A stretch of 64,000 nucleotides of DNA from an uncultured delta proteobacterium. GTDB taxonomy: Bacteria > Desulfobacterota > BSN033 > UBA1163. The DNA is taken from assembly GCA_963708295.1 (NCBI GenBank), contig CAVPSJ010000015.1, positions 271,529-335,528 on the forward strand, given 5' to 3'. Numbering within the stretch: position 1 is the stretch's first letter; each line of letters starts with the position of its first letter. The position numbers and the translations under genes were made by a program. Below are positions 38,076-47,824 of the stretch, one piece after another. Under the pieces are notes generated by a model. That model did no database searches and was not told the DNA's origin. It worked only from the letters and a program-made list of their open reading frames with translations.

Positions 38076-39598
38076 TGGGAGATACCTTCCATCATCTGCT
38101 TTTGGGTTTTTCAACGGCCCTCACGGCAACCAATCTCTTTTATGGCTTTCTGGGCTGTTTCATAGGAACGATCGTCGGTGTTCTTCCGGGAGTCGGCCCC
38201 CTCGCAGGGATCAGCATGCTCCTCCCTACGACCTTCGGGCTCAACACGACCTCCGCCATCATCCTTCTGGCCGGGATCTATTATGGGGCGATGTACGGGG
38301 GATCGACGACGTCCATCCTCATGAGAATCCCCGGGGAGGCGGCCTCTGTTGTCACCTGCATCGACGGATATGCCATGGCGCAGAAGGGCCGGGCCGGCCC
38401 GGCCCTTGCGATTGCCGCCATCGGCTCGTATGTCGCCGGGACGCTGAGTATCGTCGGGTTGATGTTTCTTGCGCCTCCCCTGGCCAGGTTCGCTCTCCGA
38501 TTCGGTCCCCCGGAATATGTCAGCCTTCTTGTCTTAGGGCTCATCGTCCTTGGATACATGACCGGAGGATCGGTCATCAAAAACCTATCGATGATCATTC
38601 TGGGCCTCCTCTTCGGTATGATCGGGATCGATCAGATGACCGGGTATTTCCGGTTTTCATACGGGATTGTGGCCCTGGGAGATGGCATCGGGATTGTTCC
38701 GGTCGCTGTGGGTCTCTTTGGAATTGCTGAGATCCTTGCCACGGCCGGACAGTCGGGTAGGCCGGAAGTGATGAAGCCTCGGTTCAAAGACCTCATCCCG
38801 TCGCGTCAGGAGTTCAAAGAATCGTGGTGGCCCATGGGCCGGGGGACGGTACTCGGTTTTCTGATCGGTATCATCCCGGGCTCCGCCCATATCATTTCAA
38901 CCTTCGTCTCCTATGCCGTGGAGAGAAGGATATCGAAGCATCCCGAAAAGTTCGGCAAAGGGGCGGTGGAAGGGGTTGCCGGGCCGGAGTCGGCCAACAA
39001 CGCAGCAAGCTGCGGAGCCTTGGTGCCCATGCTGGCCCTTGGCGTTCCCACAGGTGGAATCCCCGCGGTCCTGCTTGCGTCCCTCATGGTCCATGGAATC
39101 AATCCGGGGCCTCTCTTCATCAAGGAGCAGCCTATTGTTTTCTGGGGGCTCGTTGCAAGCATGTATGTCGGGAACGTGATCCTCCTGCTTCTCAATCTTC
39201 CCCTGGTTGGCCTCTTTGTCAACTTCCTGAGAATCCCCTATAGAATCCTCTATCCGACGATCCTGATGTTTTGCGTGGTCGGGGTCTATGCGGTTAATTC
39301 GAGCTTTGTTGACGTGGGCATCATGAGCGTCATGGGAGTCCTGGGGTACATTTTACGCAAGTTTGACTTTGAGACCGCGCCCGTCGTCCTCGGGGTTGTC
39401 CTGGCGCCGATCATTGAGGTGAGTTTCAGGCAATCCCTTGCCATGTCGGATGGGCGATATTCCATCTTTGTTCAGCGCCCGGTATCCGTTATCTTTCTGA
39501 TGTCCGCTGTTGCAATGATTCTCCTTGCCGTTAGGCCTCTGATTTGGAAGAAGAGCGGCTTCCGGGACCGCTTGACGGAGGCGGAGAAGGGCGGATAA
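38075..39598 (+). CDS. tctA: Tripartite tricarboxylate transporter TctA
   Basis: GVLPGVGP, YYGAMYGGS, IPGEAASVVTCIDGY, GPESANNA. Confidence 0.95.
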   Translation: MGDTFHHLLLGFSTALTATNLFYGFLGCFIGTIVGVLPGVGPLAGISMLLPTTFGLNTTSAIILLAGIYYGAMYGGSTTSILMRIPGEAASVVTCIDGYAMAQKGRAGPALAIAAIGSYVAGTLSIVGLMFLAPPLARFALRFGPPEYVSLLVLGLIVLGYMTGGSVIKNLSMIILGLLFGMIGIDQMTGYFRFSYGIVALGDGIGIVPVAVGLFGIAEILATAGQSGRPEVMKPRFKDLIPSRQEFKESWWPMGRGTVLGFLIGIIPGSAHIISTFVSYAVERRISKHPEKFGKGAVEGVAGPESANNAASCGALVPMLALGVPTGGIPAVLLASLMVHGINPGPLFIKEQPIVFWGLVASMYVGNVILLLLNLPLVGLFVNFLRIPYRILYPTILMFCVVGVYAVNSSFVDVGIMSVMGVLGYILRKFDFETAPVVLGVVLAPIIEVSFRQSLAMSDGRYSIFVQRPVSVIFLMSAVAMILLAVRPLIWKKSGFRDRLTEAEKGG

Positions 39599-39668
39599 GA
39601 CACAGTCTCCTAGGGGTGAGGGGAGATCATCTTTCACAATAGCGTGAAATACAAAAGGAGGAAACAAC

Positions 39669-40658
39669 ATGAAACGTCACAGAATTTTTTGGGGTATGAT
39701 GGCAATTTGCATTGGTTGTTTGGGGCTTGCCGCCGGACTTTCGGCGGCTCAGGAAGTGTACCCGTCTCGACCCATTCAGATCATCGTTCCTTTTCCCCCC
39801 GGCGGTGTGGCAGACCTTGTGGCACGCCCTTTTGCCACCGCTCTTGAAAAGCTTCTGAAGCAACCGGTGGTTGTCGTCAACAAGACCGGCGCCGGCGGTG
39901 CGGTCGGGATGCAGACTGCGGCCGTGGCAAAGCCGGATGGCTACACCTTGATGGTCGCCCTCTCCAGCATTTCAGTCATGCCGGAGGTAGACGCCCTGTT
40001 TAACCGGCCTCCAACCTATAAACTCGAAGATTTTGCCCCGATTGCCCTTCTTACATCGGATCCAACGATCCTTGCCGTCAGGAAAGAGACTCCCTGGAAG
40101 ACGGTTTCTGAATTTGTTGCCGATGCTAAGCGAAGGCCTAACGAGATCAAATACAGCTCTTCGGGTGTTTACGGAACGATGCACGTGGCGATGGAACTCT
40201 TTACGCATGCTGCCGGAATCCAGTTGCGTCATATCCCGACCGCAGGCGGGGGACCGGCTCTGACTGCGCTCCTGGGAGGACATGTCGATTGCTCCTCCAT
40301 CGGACCGAACGTTGCGATCCCGCAAGTGAAGGCCGGAGCCCTCCGGGTGCTCGCTTCCTGGGGAGACAAGCGACTCGCTGCCCTGCCCGATGTCCCCACG
40401 CTCATGGAACTTGGATATAAAGACGTCGAATTTTACATCTGGTCCGGCTTTTTCGCCCCCAGGGCAACGCCTCCTGCTGCCATCAAAGTACTGAGAGAAG
40501 CCACTCAAAAGGCCGTCAATTCGCCGGAGTTTAAAACAGCCCTGGAGAAGATGGAAACACCCATCGCCTACCTTGACGCAGACGATTTTCAGAAGTTCTG
40601 GGACAAGGATGCGAAGCGATTAATCCAGGGAGTGAGAAACATAGGGAAGGTGCAGTAA
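39669..40658 (+). CDS. tctC: Tripartite tricarboxylate transporter substrate-binding protein (Bug/TctC)
   Basis: YPSRPIQIIVPFPPGGVAD, NKTGAGG, KPDGYTL, LPDVPTL. Confidence 0.95.
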   Translation: MKRHRIFWGMMAICIGCLGLAAGLSAAQEVYPSRPIQIIVPFPPGGVADLVARPFATALEKLLKQPVVVVNKTGAGGAVGMQTAAVAKPDGYTLMVALSSISVMPEVDALFNRPPTYKLEDFAPIALLTSDPTILAVRKETPWKTVSEFVADAKRRPNEIKYSSSGVYGTMHVAMELFTHAAGIQLRHIPTAGGGPALTALLGGHVDCSSIGPNVAIPQVKAGALRVLASWGDKRLAALPDVPTLMELGYKDVEFYIWSGFFAPRATPPAAIKVLREATQKAVNSPEFKTALEKMETPIAYLDADDFQKFWDKDAKRLIQGVRNIGKVQ

Positions 40659-40843
40659 CCCAACCACCGGATCGCATCAACGTCAGCGATCGGTGTCAGA
40701 CAGCATGAGTTTCTTAGGGATCCAGCTGTGGCAGTGGGGCTTCCCCTACGAATTCATGTTTTGTTTTCATAGCCACGCTACGCGCTATCTGTCCTCGGTA
40801 GGAGGATGCGCTATGCGCTGTGCTATTTTTTCAGGAGAATTTT

Positions 40844-41722
40844 ATGAAGCGAATCGGTTTTATAGGAACGGGCCTCATGGGGCAACCCATGGCGAGGCGC
40901 CTCCTGGAGGGTGGATATCCCTTAACGGTCTGGAATCGCACGACACAAAGGGCTAAACTTCTGTTGGAGGCAGGGGCGGTCTGGGCGGATTCTCCGAAGA
41001 CCGTAGCTCAAGCCTCCGACGTTGTGATTACGATGGTTACCGATTCAAAGGCATCCGAAGAAGTCATTTGCGGAAAAAACGGGGTGCTCGAAGGGGTCCA
41101 CCCGGGCCTGATTCTAATCGACATGGGGAGTATCGGACCCGAAGTCTCCAGATCCATTTCGATTCGGGCGAAGGCCAAGGGGATTCCCATGCTCGATGCG
41201 CCGGTGACGGGGAATCCGAAAGTGGCTTCGGAAGGGAAATTGGGGATCATGGTCGGTGGCCCCAGGGAGACTTTTGATGCGTGCCTTCCGATCTTCGAAA
41301 AGATGGGGATCAAGATCGTATATGTGGGCGACAATGGTACTGGAACGACACTCAAACTAATCAATAACCTGATCCTCGGAATAGCGATCGAGGCTGTTGC
41401 CGAGGCCTTTGTCCTGGCAAAAAAGGTTGGAATCGATCCGCAAAAGGTGATCGAGATTACCTCCGTTGGGGGCGCTCGAACAGGGGCCATGGAGACACGG
41501 GGTCCGAGGATGGCCAGGCACGATTTTTCGCCCCATTTCTCGACCAACAACATGTACAAGGATCTATCAAGCGTCATGAAGCTGGCTGAGGAAGCCGGCG
41601 TTTCCCTTCCGGCAGCCAGTATCTCAACGGAGATGCTCAGGGCGGCGAAGTCCCAGGAAAAAGGAGACCTTGATTCGTGCGTCGTCATGACGGTGCTGGA
41701 GGGTCTGGCGAATATCACGTAA
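40844..41722 (+). CDS. NAD(P)-dependent beta-hydroxyacid dehydrogenase (HIBADH/GarR family)
   Basis: GFIGTGLMG, LDAPVTG, MVGG, KLINN, YKDL. Confidence 0.92.
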   Translation: MKRIGFIGTGLMGQPMARRLLEGGYPLTVWNRTTQRAKLLLEAGAVWADSPKTVAQASDVVITMVTDSKASEEVICGKNGVLEGVHPGLILIDMGSIGPEVSRSISIRAKAKGIPMLDAPVTGNPKVASEGKLGIMVGGPRETFDACLPIFEKMGIKIVYVGDNGTGTTLKLINNLILGIAIEAVAEAFVLAKKVGIDPQKVIEITSVGGARTGAMETRGPRMARHDFSPHFSTNNMYKDLSSVMKLAEEAGVSLPAASISTEMLRAAKSQEKGDLDSCVVMTVLEGLANIT

Positions 41723-41739
41723 AATATGATCACATAGGG

Positions 41740-42021
41740 AATGTCTCACTGAAGCGTGCGGAACCCCGGCGACCCGACCCCGCGCCACGCGGGGCCTCCG
41801 AAAATATTATAAAACGGATGGATCATATTTTTTCAGGTTGGGTAACACTCACTATCGGTAGCCCGGTTGTCGCTGCGTTACTGAGCCGTTCAGCTTTAGG
41901 GACAAGCTGAGGTTGCCGCCATAAGATTTTCTCCGACATTCCTGTCGGATCTCAGCGAGCCATGGGAGAGTGAGGCATTTCTGCCTGGTCTCAGGATTTC
42001 CGCACGTTTCAGTGAGGCATT
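41740..42021. mobile_element. 282-bp MITE with 24-bp TIRs
   Basis: AATGTCTCACTGAAGCGTGCGGAA versus reverse complement AATGCCTCACTGAAACGTGCGGAA (22/24). No transposase. Confidence 0.7.
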
Positions 42022-42092
42022 ACTCACGCAGATTGAAAGAAGTATGATACCGACTTCAACCGGAAAATCTAAGGAGAAGAGGAGAATAGACC

Positions 42093-43256
42093 ATGTACCA
42101 ATTGATTCAATTTAAGACACCATCCATCCTCTTTGGGATGGATACCATCAACCAGATCGGCCAGGAGGCAAAGAAGCTCGGGGCCGGAAGAGTTCTCCTG
42201 GTGACGGGGCCCAGGGTAAAGGCGGCGGGGATTCTTGAGAAGGCGGTCTCTTTTTTGAAAGGTGAATCCATTTCTGTGGAAGTCGCGGTCGAGGACCGGG
42301 ATACCCCGGAACCCGCCACCACGGTGGTGGAAGAAGTGGCTGAGATTGCCAGGAAAGGAAATTTCGACGTGATCGTGGGACTGGGGGGAGGGAGTATTCT
42401 CGATGTTGCCAAAATGGCCTCCGCTTTATTGACCAATCCCGGGAAGACAAAAGACTATTTTGGAAAGGAGAAGGTTCCTAAACGCGGGAAACCCACCATC
42501 ATCATTCCAACGACTGCAGGGACAGGGGCCGAGGTGACCAAGCACGCCATCTTTCTCGACCGGGAGTCGAACGTGAAAAAGGCTGTCGCCTCCTCGAACC
42601 TTTTGCCTGACGTGGCCATCGTTGACCCTATGCTGACGGTCAGTTGCCCGCCTCCTGTCACGGCCAGCGCAGGGATCGATGCCTTCCTCCACGCGGCAGA
42701 GCCGTTCCTTTCGAAGATGGCAAACCCTATGACCGATGCCATGTCTCTGGAGGCGATCTCCATTACCAGCCGATGGCTGGGGCCGGCCTTCGCTGACGGA
42801 CAGGATCTGGATGCCCGCTACTATATGTCTCTGGGTAGCCTGATGTCCGGCATTGTTCTTAACAATTCCGGGACGAGTCTTGTCCATGCCATGGCTTACC
42901 CCGTGGGCGGGGAATACCACACGCCTCATGGAGTCACCCTCAGCGCCCTTGTCGTTGCGTGTTTTGATTATATCCGGGTGGCAAAGCAGGAAAAGATGGT
43001 TCGTCTCGGCCGGGCCATGGGCGAGCCAGTGGACGGGCTTCCGCCGAGAGAAGCTTCAGCCCGTGCCCTGGATGCAATCCGCCATTTGATCCAGAGTGTG
43101 GGACTTCCGGCCTCGCTGAAAGACCTGAAGATCACCGATACAGGCAGGATCCCAAGATGGGCGGTGGAGGCGCATAAAGAACAGAGACTTCTCTCCCGTT
43201 CCCCCCGGATCCTTTCCGTAGAGGATATCCAGAAGATCTATGAGAAGGCCTTTTAA
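42093..43256 (+). CDS. Iron-containing alcohol dehydrogenase
   Basis: GLGGGSILDVAK, PTTAGTGAEVT, GIDAFLHAAE, LVHAMAY, PHG. Confidence 0.93.
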   Translation: MYQLIQFKTPSILFGMDTINQIGQEAKKLGAGRVLLVTGPRVKAAGILEKAVSFLKGESISVEVAVEDRDTPEPATTVVEEVAEIARKGNFDVIVGLGGGSILDVAKMASALLTNPGKTKDYFGKEKVPKRGKPTIIIPTTAGTGAEVTKHAIFLDRESNVKKAVASSNLLPDVAIVDPMLTVSCPPPVTASAGIDAFLHAAEPFLSKMANPMTDAMSLEAISITSRWLGPAFADGQDLDARYYMSLGSLMSGIVLNNSGTSLVHAMAYPVGGEYHTPHGVTLSALVVACFDYIRVAKQEKMVRLGRAMGEPVDGLPPREASARALDAIRHLIQSVGLPASLKDLKITDTGRIPRWAVEAHKEQRLLSRSPRILSVEDIQKIYEKAF

Positions 43257-43305
43257 TAAGTCATCGTAAGAACCTCCCCTTAAAGTCTTTGAAAAAATTC
43301 GTTGT

Positions 43306-43506
43306 TTCACCGCGGAGACGCAAAGAGCGCAGAGGGGATTTGCTTTTGATCCAATCGGGAGATGGCGATTGGATCAAAGCCCCCTCTTTGAAAACACATT
43401 TTCTCAGCATGCTGGTTCCACGAAGGGATGGGCATTTTTGATTTGCGGCTGTCTCCCCGCAAATCAAAAGAGACTTCCTCCGCGTTCTCTGCGGCTCTGC
43501 GGTGAA
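43306..43506. repeat. 201-bp symmetric element with 9-mer-repeat terminal arms
   Basis: TTCACCGCGGAGACGCAAAGAGCGCAGAG / CTCCGCGTTCTCTGCGGCTCTGCGGTGAA (24/29 inverted), plus two internal hairpins. Confidence 0.7.
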
Positions 43507-43580
43507 TTCATGTCGATCTGATTAAAGATCTTGTCCAGAGGGCTAAATTGATTAAGGATCGAAGCTTTTTGAAGAAACGG

Positions 43581-44438
43581 TCAACGGCCCCGTTTTTTTA
43601 GAGTCTCCTTCAGCTTGGGAAGCTCTCCGTCAACCATATTATAGGTATGTTGAGTTTCCGGGAACCGGCGGGCCCGCACGTCGTTTGCATAGGCCGAAAG
43701 GGCCTTTAGCGTTTCTTCTCCAAGGCTTGCATATTTCTTGACGAATTTTGGAGTGAACGCCTGGAAGATGCCGAGGATGTCGCTCACAATCATCAATTGA
43801 CCGTCTGCATCTATCCCGGCCCCGATGCTATACACGGGAATGGTCAACTCATCTCGAATGATTTTACAGACCTCCGGCGGAACGGCCTCTACCAGGAGAG
43901 AGTAAGCTCCTGCCGTCTGGATCGCTTTGGCATCCTCGATCAACTCCAGGGCGGTCTCGGCCGTTCGTCCCTGGGCTTTGAACCCGCCCAGTTGGCCCGA
44001 ACTCTGGGGTGTGAGACCGATGTGTCCCATGACCAGCATCCCGCCTTCTGCAATCGATTTGATCTGAGGGCAAACCCGCCGCCCCCCTTCGAGCTTGATC
44101 GCGTCGACCCGGGCCTCCTTGAAAAAGCGGCCTGCATTACGGACAGCCTCGTCACAGTTGACCTGATAGGAAAGAAAAGGCATGTCGCCGATGATAAAGG
44201 TATTGGGGGCGCCCCGGCGAACGGCCTCGGAGTGCCAGATACATTGATCCATGGTGACAGGAATGGTTCCTTCGTAACCATAGATACACATGCCGAGGGA
44301 GTCTCCCACAAGAATCATGTCCATGCCTGCCTGCTCTGCAAATTGGGCCGTCCAGTAATCGTACGATGTGACCCAAACAGCCGTTTGGCCGGAATCCTTC
44401 ATTTTCTGAAGATCAAGCCTGGTCAGTTTCTTTCTCAT
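43581..44438 (-). CDS. panB: 3-methyl-2-oxobutanoate hydroxymethyltransferase
   Basis: ILVGDSLGM, GDMPFLSY, IKLEGG, GHIGLTPQS, GGFKAQG, IGAG, PKFVKKY. Confidence 0.96.
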   Translation of the reverse strand: MRKKLTRLDLQKMKDSGQTAVWVTSYDYWTAQFAEQAGMDMILVGDSLGMCIYGYEGTIPVTMDQCIWHSEAVRRGAPNTFIIGDMPFLSYQVNCDEAVRNAGRFFKEARVDAIKLEGGRRVCPQIKSIAEGGMLVMGHIGLTPQSSGQLGGFKAQGRTAETALELIEDAKAIQTAGAYSLLVEAVPPEVCKIIRDELTIPVYSIGAGIDADGQLMIVSDILGIFQAFTPKFVKKYASLGEETLKALSAYANDVRARRFPETQHTYNMVDGELPKLKETLKKRGR

Positions 44439-44549
44439 TTTAATTCTCCTTCCATCGAGGGGTATATTGGAATGAGGGATAGGCTTTCGCAGTGATGGTC
44501 TGGTGACGGTGGCTCAATTTTATAATTTATTGACTTTTGAGGGGGTAAT

Positions 44550-44594
44550 TGGTGGCGGTGCAGGGATTTGAACCCCGGACACTGCGGATATGAG
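44550..44594 (-). mobile_element. att site: duplicated 3' half of a CAT-anticodon tRNA (Met), boundary of an integrative island
   Basis: Minus strand CTCATAT-CCGCA-GTGTC-CGGGG-TTCAAAT-CCCTG-CACCGCC-A-CCA, with the 5' half absent. IHF consensus AATCAATAAGTTA at 44649-44661 and ATTACTGCA direct repeats at 44727/44738. Confidence 0.85.
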
Positions 44595-44716
44595 TTTGAA
44601 CCCAGAGAATCGGCAAGATGGGAATAATATTAAAGAAAATTCTTTTCTAATCAATAAGTTATAAAATTTTCTCGCTTACTTTTTATTACCGTTTTTTACC
44701 TCAAAATACCCCATTT

Positions 44717-45112
44717 TTGCATCAGGATTACTGCAATATTACTGCAGGATGTCCGGGCTTGTCAATCCACTTTTCTTTCGAAATGGTGGCAACTTCCTTA
44801 ACATTTGAAGCTCCCCATTTCTCCCTAACATTATTTGTATCTGGAAACCGCATGCTCAACCATGCTGCTCCAAACTACCAAAACTCCCATCCTTTAGTAA
44901 TTACCCTCCGACTTTCCCTTTACCCTGAACGAACCTTGGGAGATCGTATCAGAAAATGGAGGTTGGAACAAGGGCTATTTCAGGTGGACTTGGCCAAGAG
45001 GATCGGGGTGAGTAAGATGACGATAGTTAATTGGGAGAAGGGGAGGACCAAACAAATCAAGCAAAACTTCGAGAGATTAGAGAAAATTTTGAAGGATTTT
45101 CGCTTCAAGTAA
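44717..45112 (+). CDS. XRE-family HTH protein (start uncertain, possibly a remnant)
   Basis: TLGDRIRKWRLEQGLFQVDLAKRIGVSKMTIVNWEKG. Confidence 0.65.
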   Translation: MHQDYCNITAGCPGLSIHFSFEMVATSLTFEAPHFSLTLFVSGNRMLNHAAPNYQNSHPLVITLRLSLYPERTLGDRIRKWRLEQGLFQVDLAKRIGVSKMTIVNWEKGRTKQIKQNFERLEKILKDFRFK

Positions 45113-45236
45113 TTTTTGTACTTGACAATGTAGATCCAATTTTCTTACTATTCTCCCGTTTAATTCGCCAGGGCTGAAAGGTTTCCATAGCACTTAACAA
45201 GAACTCCAAATCAGGGAAACCATTCTGGAGGTGTAT

Positions 45237-46199
45237 ATGCAGGAAGTGGTTAATGGTCTCAAATCTATCTTCATCGCCTGTGATGTTGTCCATCCGAAAG
45301 ATAAGGTACTGGTGATAGCAGACGATGATGGCAAATCAATGTGGCTGGGATACCTGTGTCTGGGAACCATCAAAGCAATGGGTGCTGAAGCTAATCTTAT
45401 CGTGATGGATCCACCGGAGCAGAGAGCTGCTGAACCGCCAATCACAGTGTCCGCCGCTATGAAAACAGTTAACGTCTGTGTTCGGGTGTCCGATAAAGCC
45501 CCCCTCGTTCATACTACCGCCCGTAAAGAAGCAAGTGCCCTTGGTGTAAGATACTGTCCGATCGAGATACCTGTGGAAGAAATTAAAATGGGGGCTTCAG
45601 CTAAAAAAGTCAAACTTATTAAGCAGCGGACCGAAAAATTGGCGGAAATTCTGGGTAAATCTAAGACCGCCAGGATCACTACTCCGGAAGGAACAGACCT
45701 CACCGTAAGTATTGCCGGTCGCCCTCCTATTCCCCTCCACCCCTTAAGCCCTCTGGTAGCTGGTATTCCTGCCTATGCCGAAGCGGCCGTTGCCCCTATT
45801 GAAGGCACTGCCGAGGGGAGAATCGTGGTGGACATCGCCTTTATCGACTGGTGCTGTCTCCTCCGAGAGCCGATGCATCTAACGGTCAAGAAAGGCAAGG
45901 TAGTAGACATAAAAGGTTACCAGCCGGAAGTGGAAAAAGTCTCCAAGGTGTTGGATACCTATGAAAATGCCGACAACATCGGTGAACTGGGCATAGGCAC
46001 CAGCCATACCATTCCCCTGCCCATTTACGGAATCCGAAGAGACGCCGCCAGAATCGGCACCGCCCATTTTGCCCTGGGCAGAAATAATGATATCGGTGGT
46101 AACACACTTAGCGAAATTCACTGGGATATGCTGATGAATCAGGCAACTGTGGAATTTGATTCCAAGGTGGTTCTGAAAGCTGGAAAGTTTTTAATTTAA
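45237..46199 (+). CDS. Aminopeptidase T / M29-like metallopeptidase fold protein
   Basis: ITTPEGTDL, EAAVAPIEGTAEG, IGELGIGT, GTAHFALGRN, IHWD. Confidence 0.8.
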   Translation: MQEVVNGLKSIFIACDVVHPKDKVLVIADDDGKSMWLGYLCLGTIKAMGAEANLIVMDPPEQRAAEPPITVSAAMKTVNVCVRVSDKAPLVHTTARKEASALGVRYCPIEIPVEEIKMGASAKKVKLIKQRTEKLAEILGKSKTARITTPEGTDLTVSIAGRPPIPLHPLSPLVAGIPAYAEAAVAPIEGTAEGRIVVDIAFIDWCCLLREPMHLTVKKGKVVDIKGYQPEVEKVSKVLDTYENADNIGELGIGTSHTIPLPIYGIRRDAARIGTAHFALGRNNDIGGNTLSEIHWDMLMNQATVEFDSKVVLKAGKFLI

Positions 46200-46694
46200 A
46201 CTTGGTTAAAAACTATCGCACTTGAGATTCTAAGCAGAGTCTGTCCATAAACTCACTTATTTTCTTGAAAAGACTGGTAAGCTACGACGAAGTGGACGGG
46301 TTCACCAATGTTTGTGAAGCCATTCAGGCGAGGTTCGTTTCGTAAACCTCCGTTGAGATCGCGTCTGTGTGAGTTCTTTAGAGACCAATTCTGTAACGGT
46401 TGTTCGTCCCAGAGTTTAATCTTTAAGGCAATACTCTCAACTCGATAATCTTCAATTCCCAAGGTTCGTTGACTCCAAGCATTAGTAAATATTGTCCTTG
46501 TCAAGCGAAATTTGGTTTATAGTTTGAATCAAATTTCTAACCAGATTTCAGGCCGAAGGTCGAAGAGCCGAAAAGAAAGGCTGCTTTATATCTATTTCAG
46601 TAAGACGATGCTTAAATTCGCAAAAAAATCCTTGACAAGAAAAACTAATCTTGATATATCGCATATCACATCTGATATTTTGACTTGTTAACCA

Positions 46695-46966
46695 GCAGAA
46701 AAACTGAAAAACCTCTTAGATACGTTGTAAGACCAAGCCCACACTTTTGCCGAGTTGGGTGTGAATAGTAACCACAAGATTCCAAAAAGATTGCCGGGTA
46801 CCCTAATGGACGATGGATTGGAGGACTTGTTGGTGTTGGCCCCGGTCGGAATGATCATATCGATAGAAAATCCGCAACAGACGTTCATTTAGACTTACCC
46901 ATCGCCTAGGCAACCCTTCTATTGAATGGGTGATCCATTCTTAAAGACGGCGCTCTTAAGATCTGA
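46695..46966 (+). pseudogene. Decayed 3' fragment of a paralogous M29-like peptidase
   Basis: AEKLKNLLDTL*DQAHTFAELGVNSNH / GRNDHIDRKSATDVHLDLPIA*ATLLLNG*SILKDGALKI aligns by eye with the C-terminus of 45237-46199. Three in-frame stops plus a frameshift. Confidence 0.7.
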
Positions 46967-46975
46967 AGCGAATAT

Positions 46976-47736
46976 ATGAAAAACGCTAAGAAAGTACTAC
47001 AGAATTTTGATGACACCGGGGCGGTAGTTGCCCTAAAAAACATTTCCAAGACTATATTGAGGGATGAAACATACGCATCTCTGAAAAAAGCTATACTCAC
47101 TGGCAAAATTGCTCAAGGCGAGAAGCTCACGATTAGAAAGCTCAGCGCACTAAGTGATTTTAGTCCCACGCCCATTCGAGAAGCTCTTCTTAAACTCGAG
47201 CAAGACGGTGTTGTAACTCGTGCTTCGAGCGGACAATTTTTTGTGCGCCGGTTTTCAGAAAAAGAGGTGGGGCAAATCTTCCAGCTGAGAATTCTCCTGG
47301 AGACCTATGGCGCAACCGAAGCCATGGGGTATGTGACAGAAAACGATATCATTTATCTGGAGGAAAATATAAAAGAATCCGAAATTGCTCTTGGACAAGG
47401 CCTCATCAGTGCTGTGAGTTTACTCAATACCGAGTTTCACAACTTCCTGACAGGCATCCCGAAGAACGAAATACTTCAAGATTTACTGCAAAGGATCAGT
47501 GATAAGATTTGGATCAACAGATCAACAGCTCTCTGGGCGTCAGGCAAAGCTGCAAAACCGCCATTATCCAGCATAGGAAGATCGTCGAATCAATCAAGAA
47601 CGGAATTGTCAAGGAACTGAAGCAAATTCTGAAAGAACATATTCTGACGGCACAACAGATTGTGATCGAGGAGACGGCAAAAAACGAAAGAACCTTGAAA
47701 TCCTCCTATGAGCAGCGCGCTACTAAGAAAGAATAG
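46976..47736 (+). CDS. GntR/FCD transcriptional regulator (frameshift near 47550)
   Basis: SPTPIREALLKLEQDG, LRILLE, NTEFH, then QHRKIVESI...EHI in the shifted frame. Confidence 0.85.
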
Positions 47737-47824
47737 GAGAACATACTCTGTTGAGGTTGGGCCGGGAAACGGAATTCTTGATGAAAATTTAATGCGATAA
47801 GAAGAGGTGGTAAAAGGTACAAAG

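Noticed and set aside
44550-44594. Functional tRNA-Met gene
   Set aside because: D-arm, 5' acceptor strand and 5' anticodon stem are missing, so it is interpreted as an att duplication.
46253-46504. 83-aa minus-strand ORF and a possible IS end (GAGTCTGTCCATAA near 46238)
   Set aside because: No family motif, weak start, and no matching second terminal repeat found.
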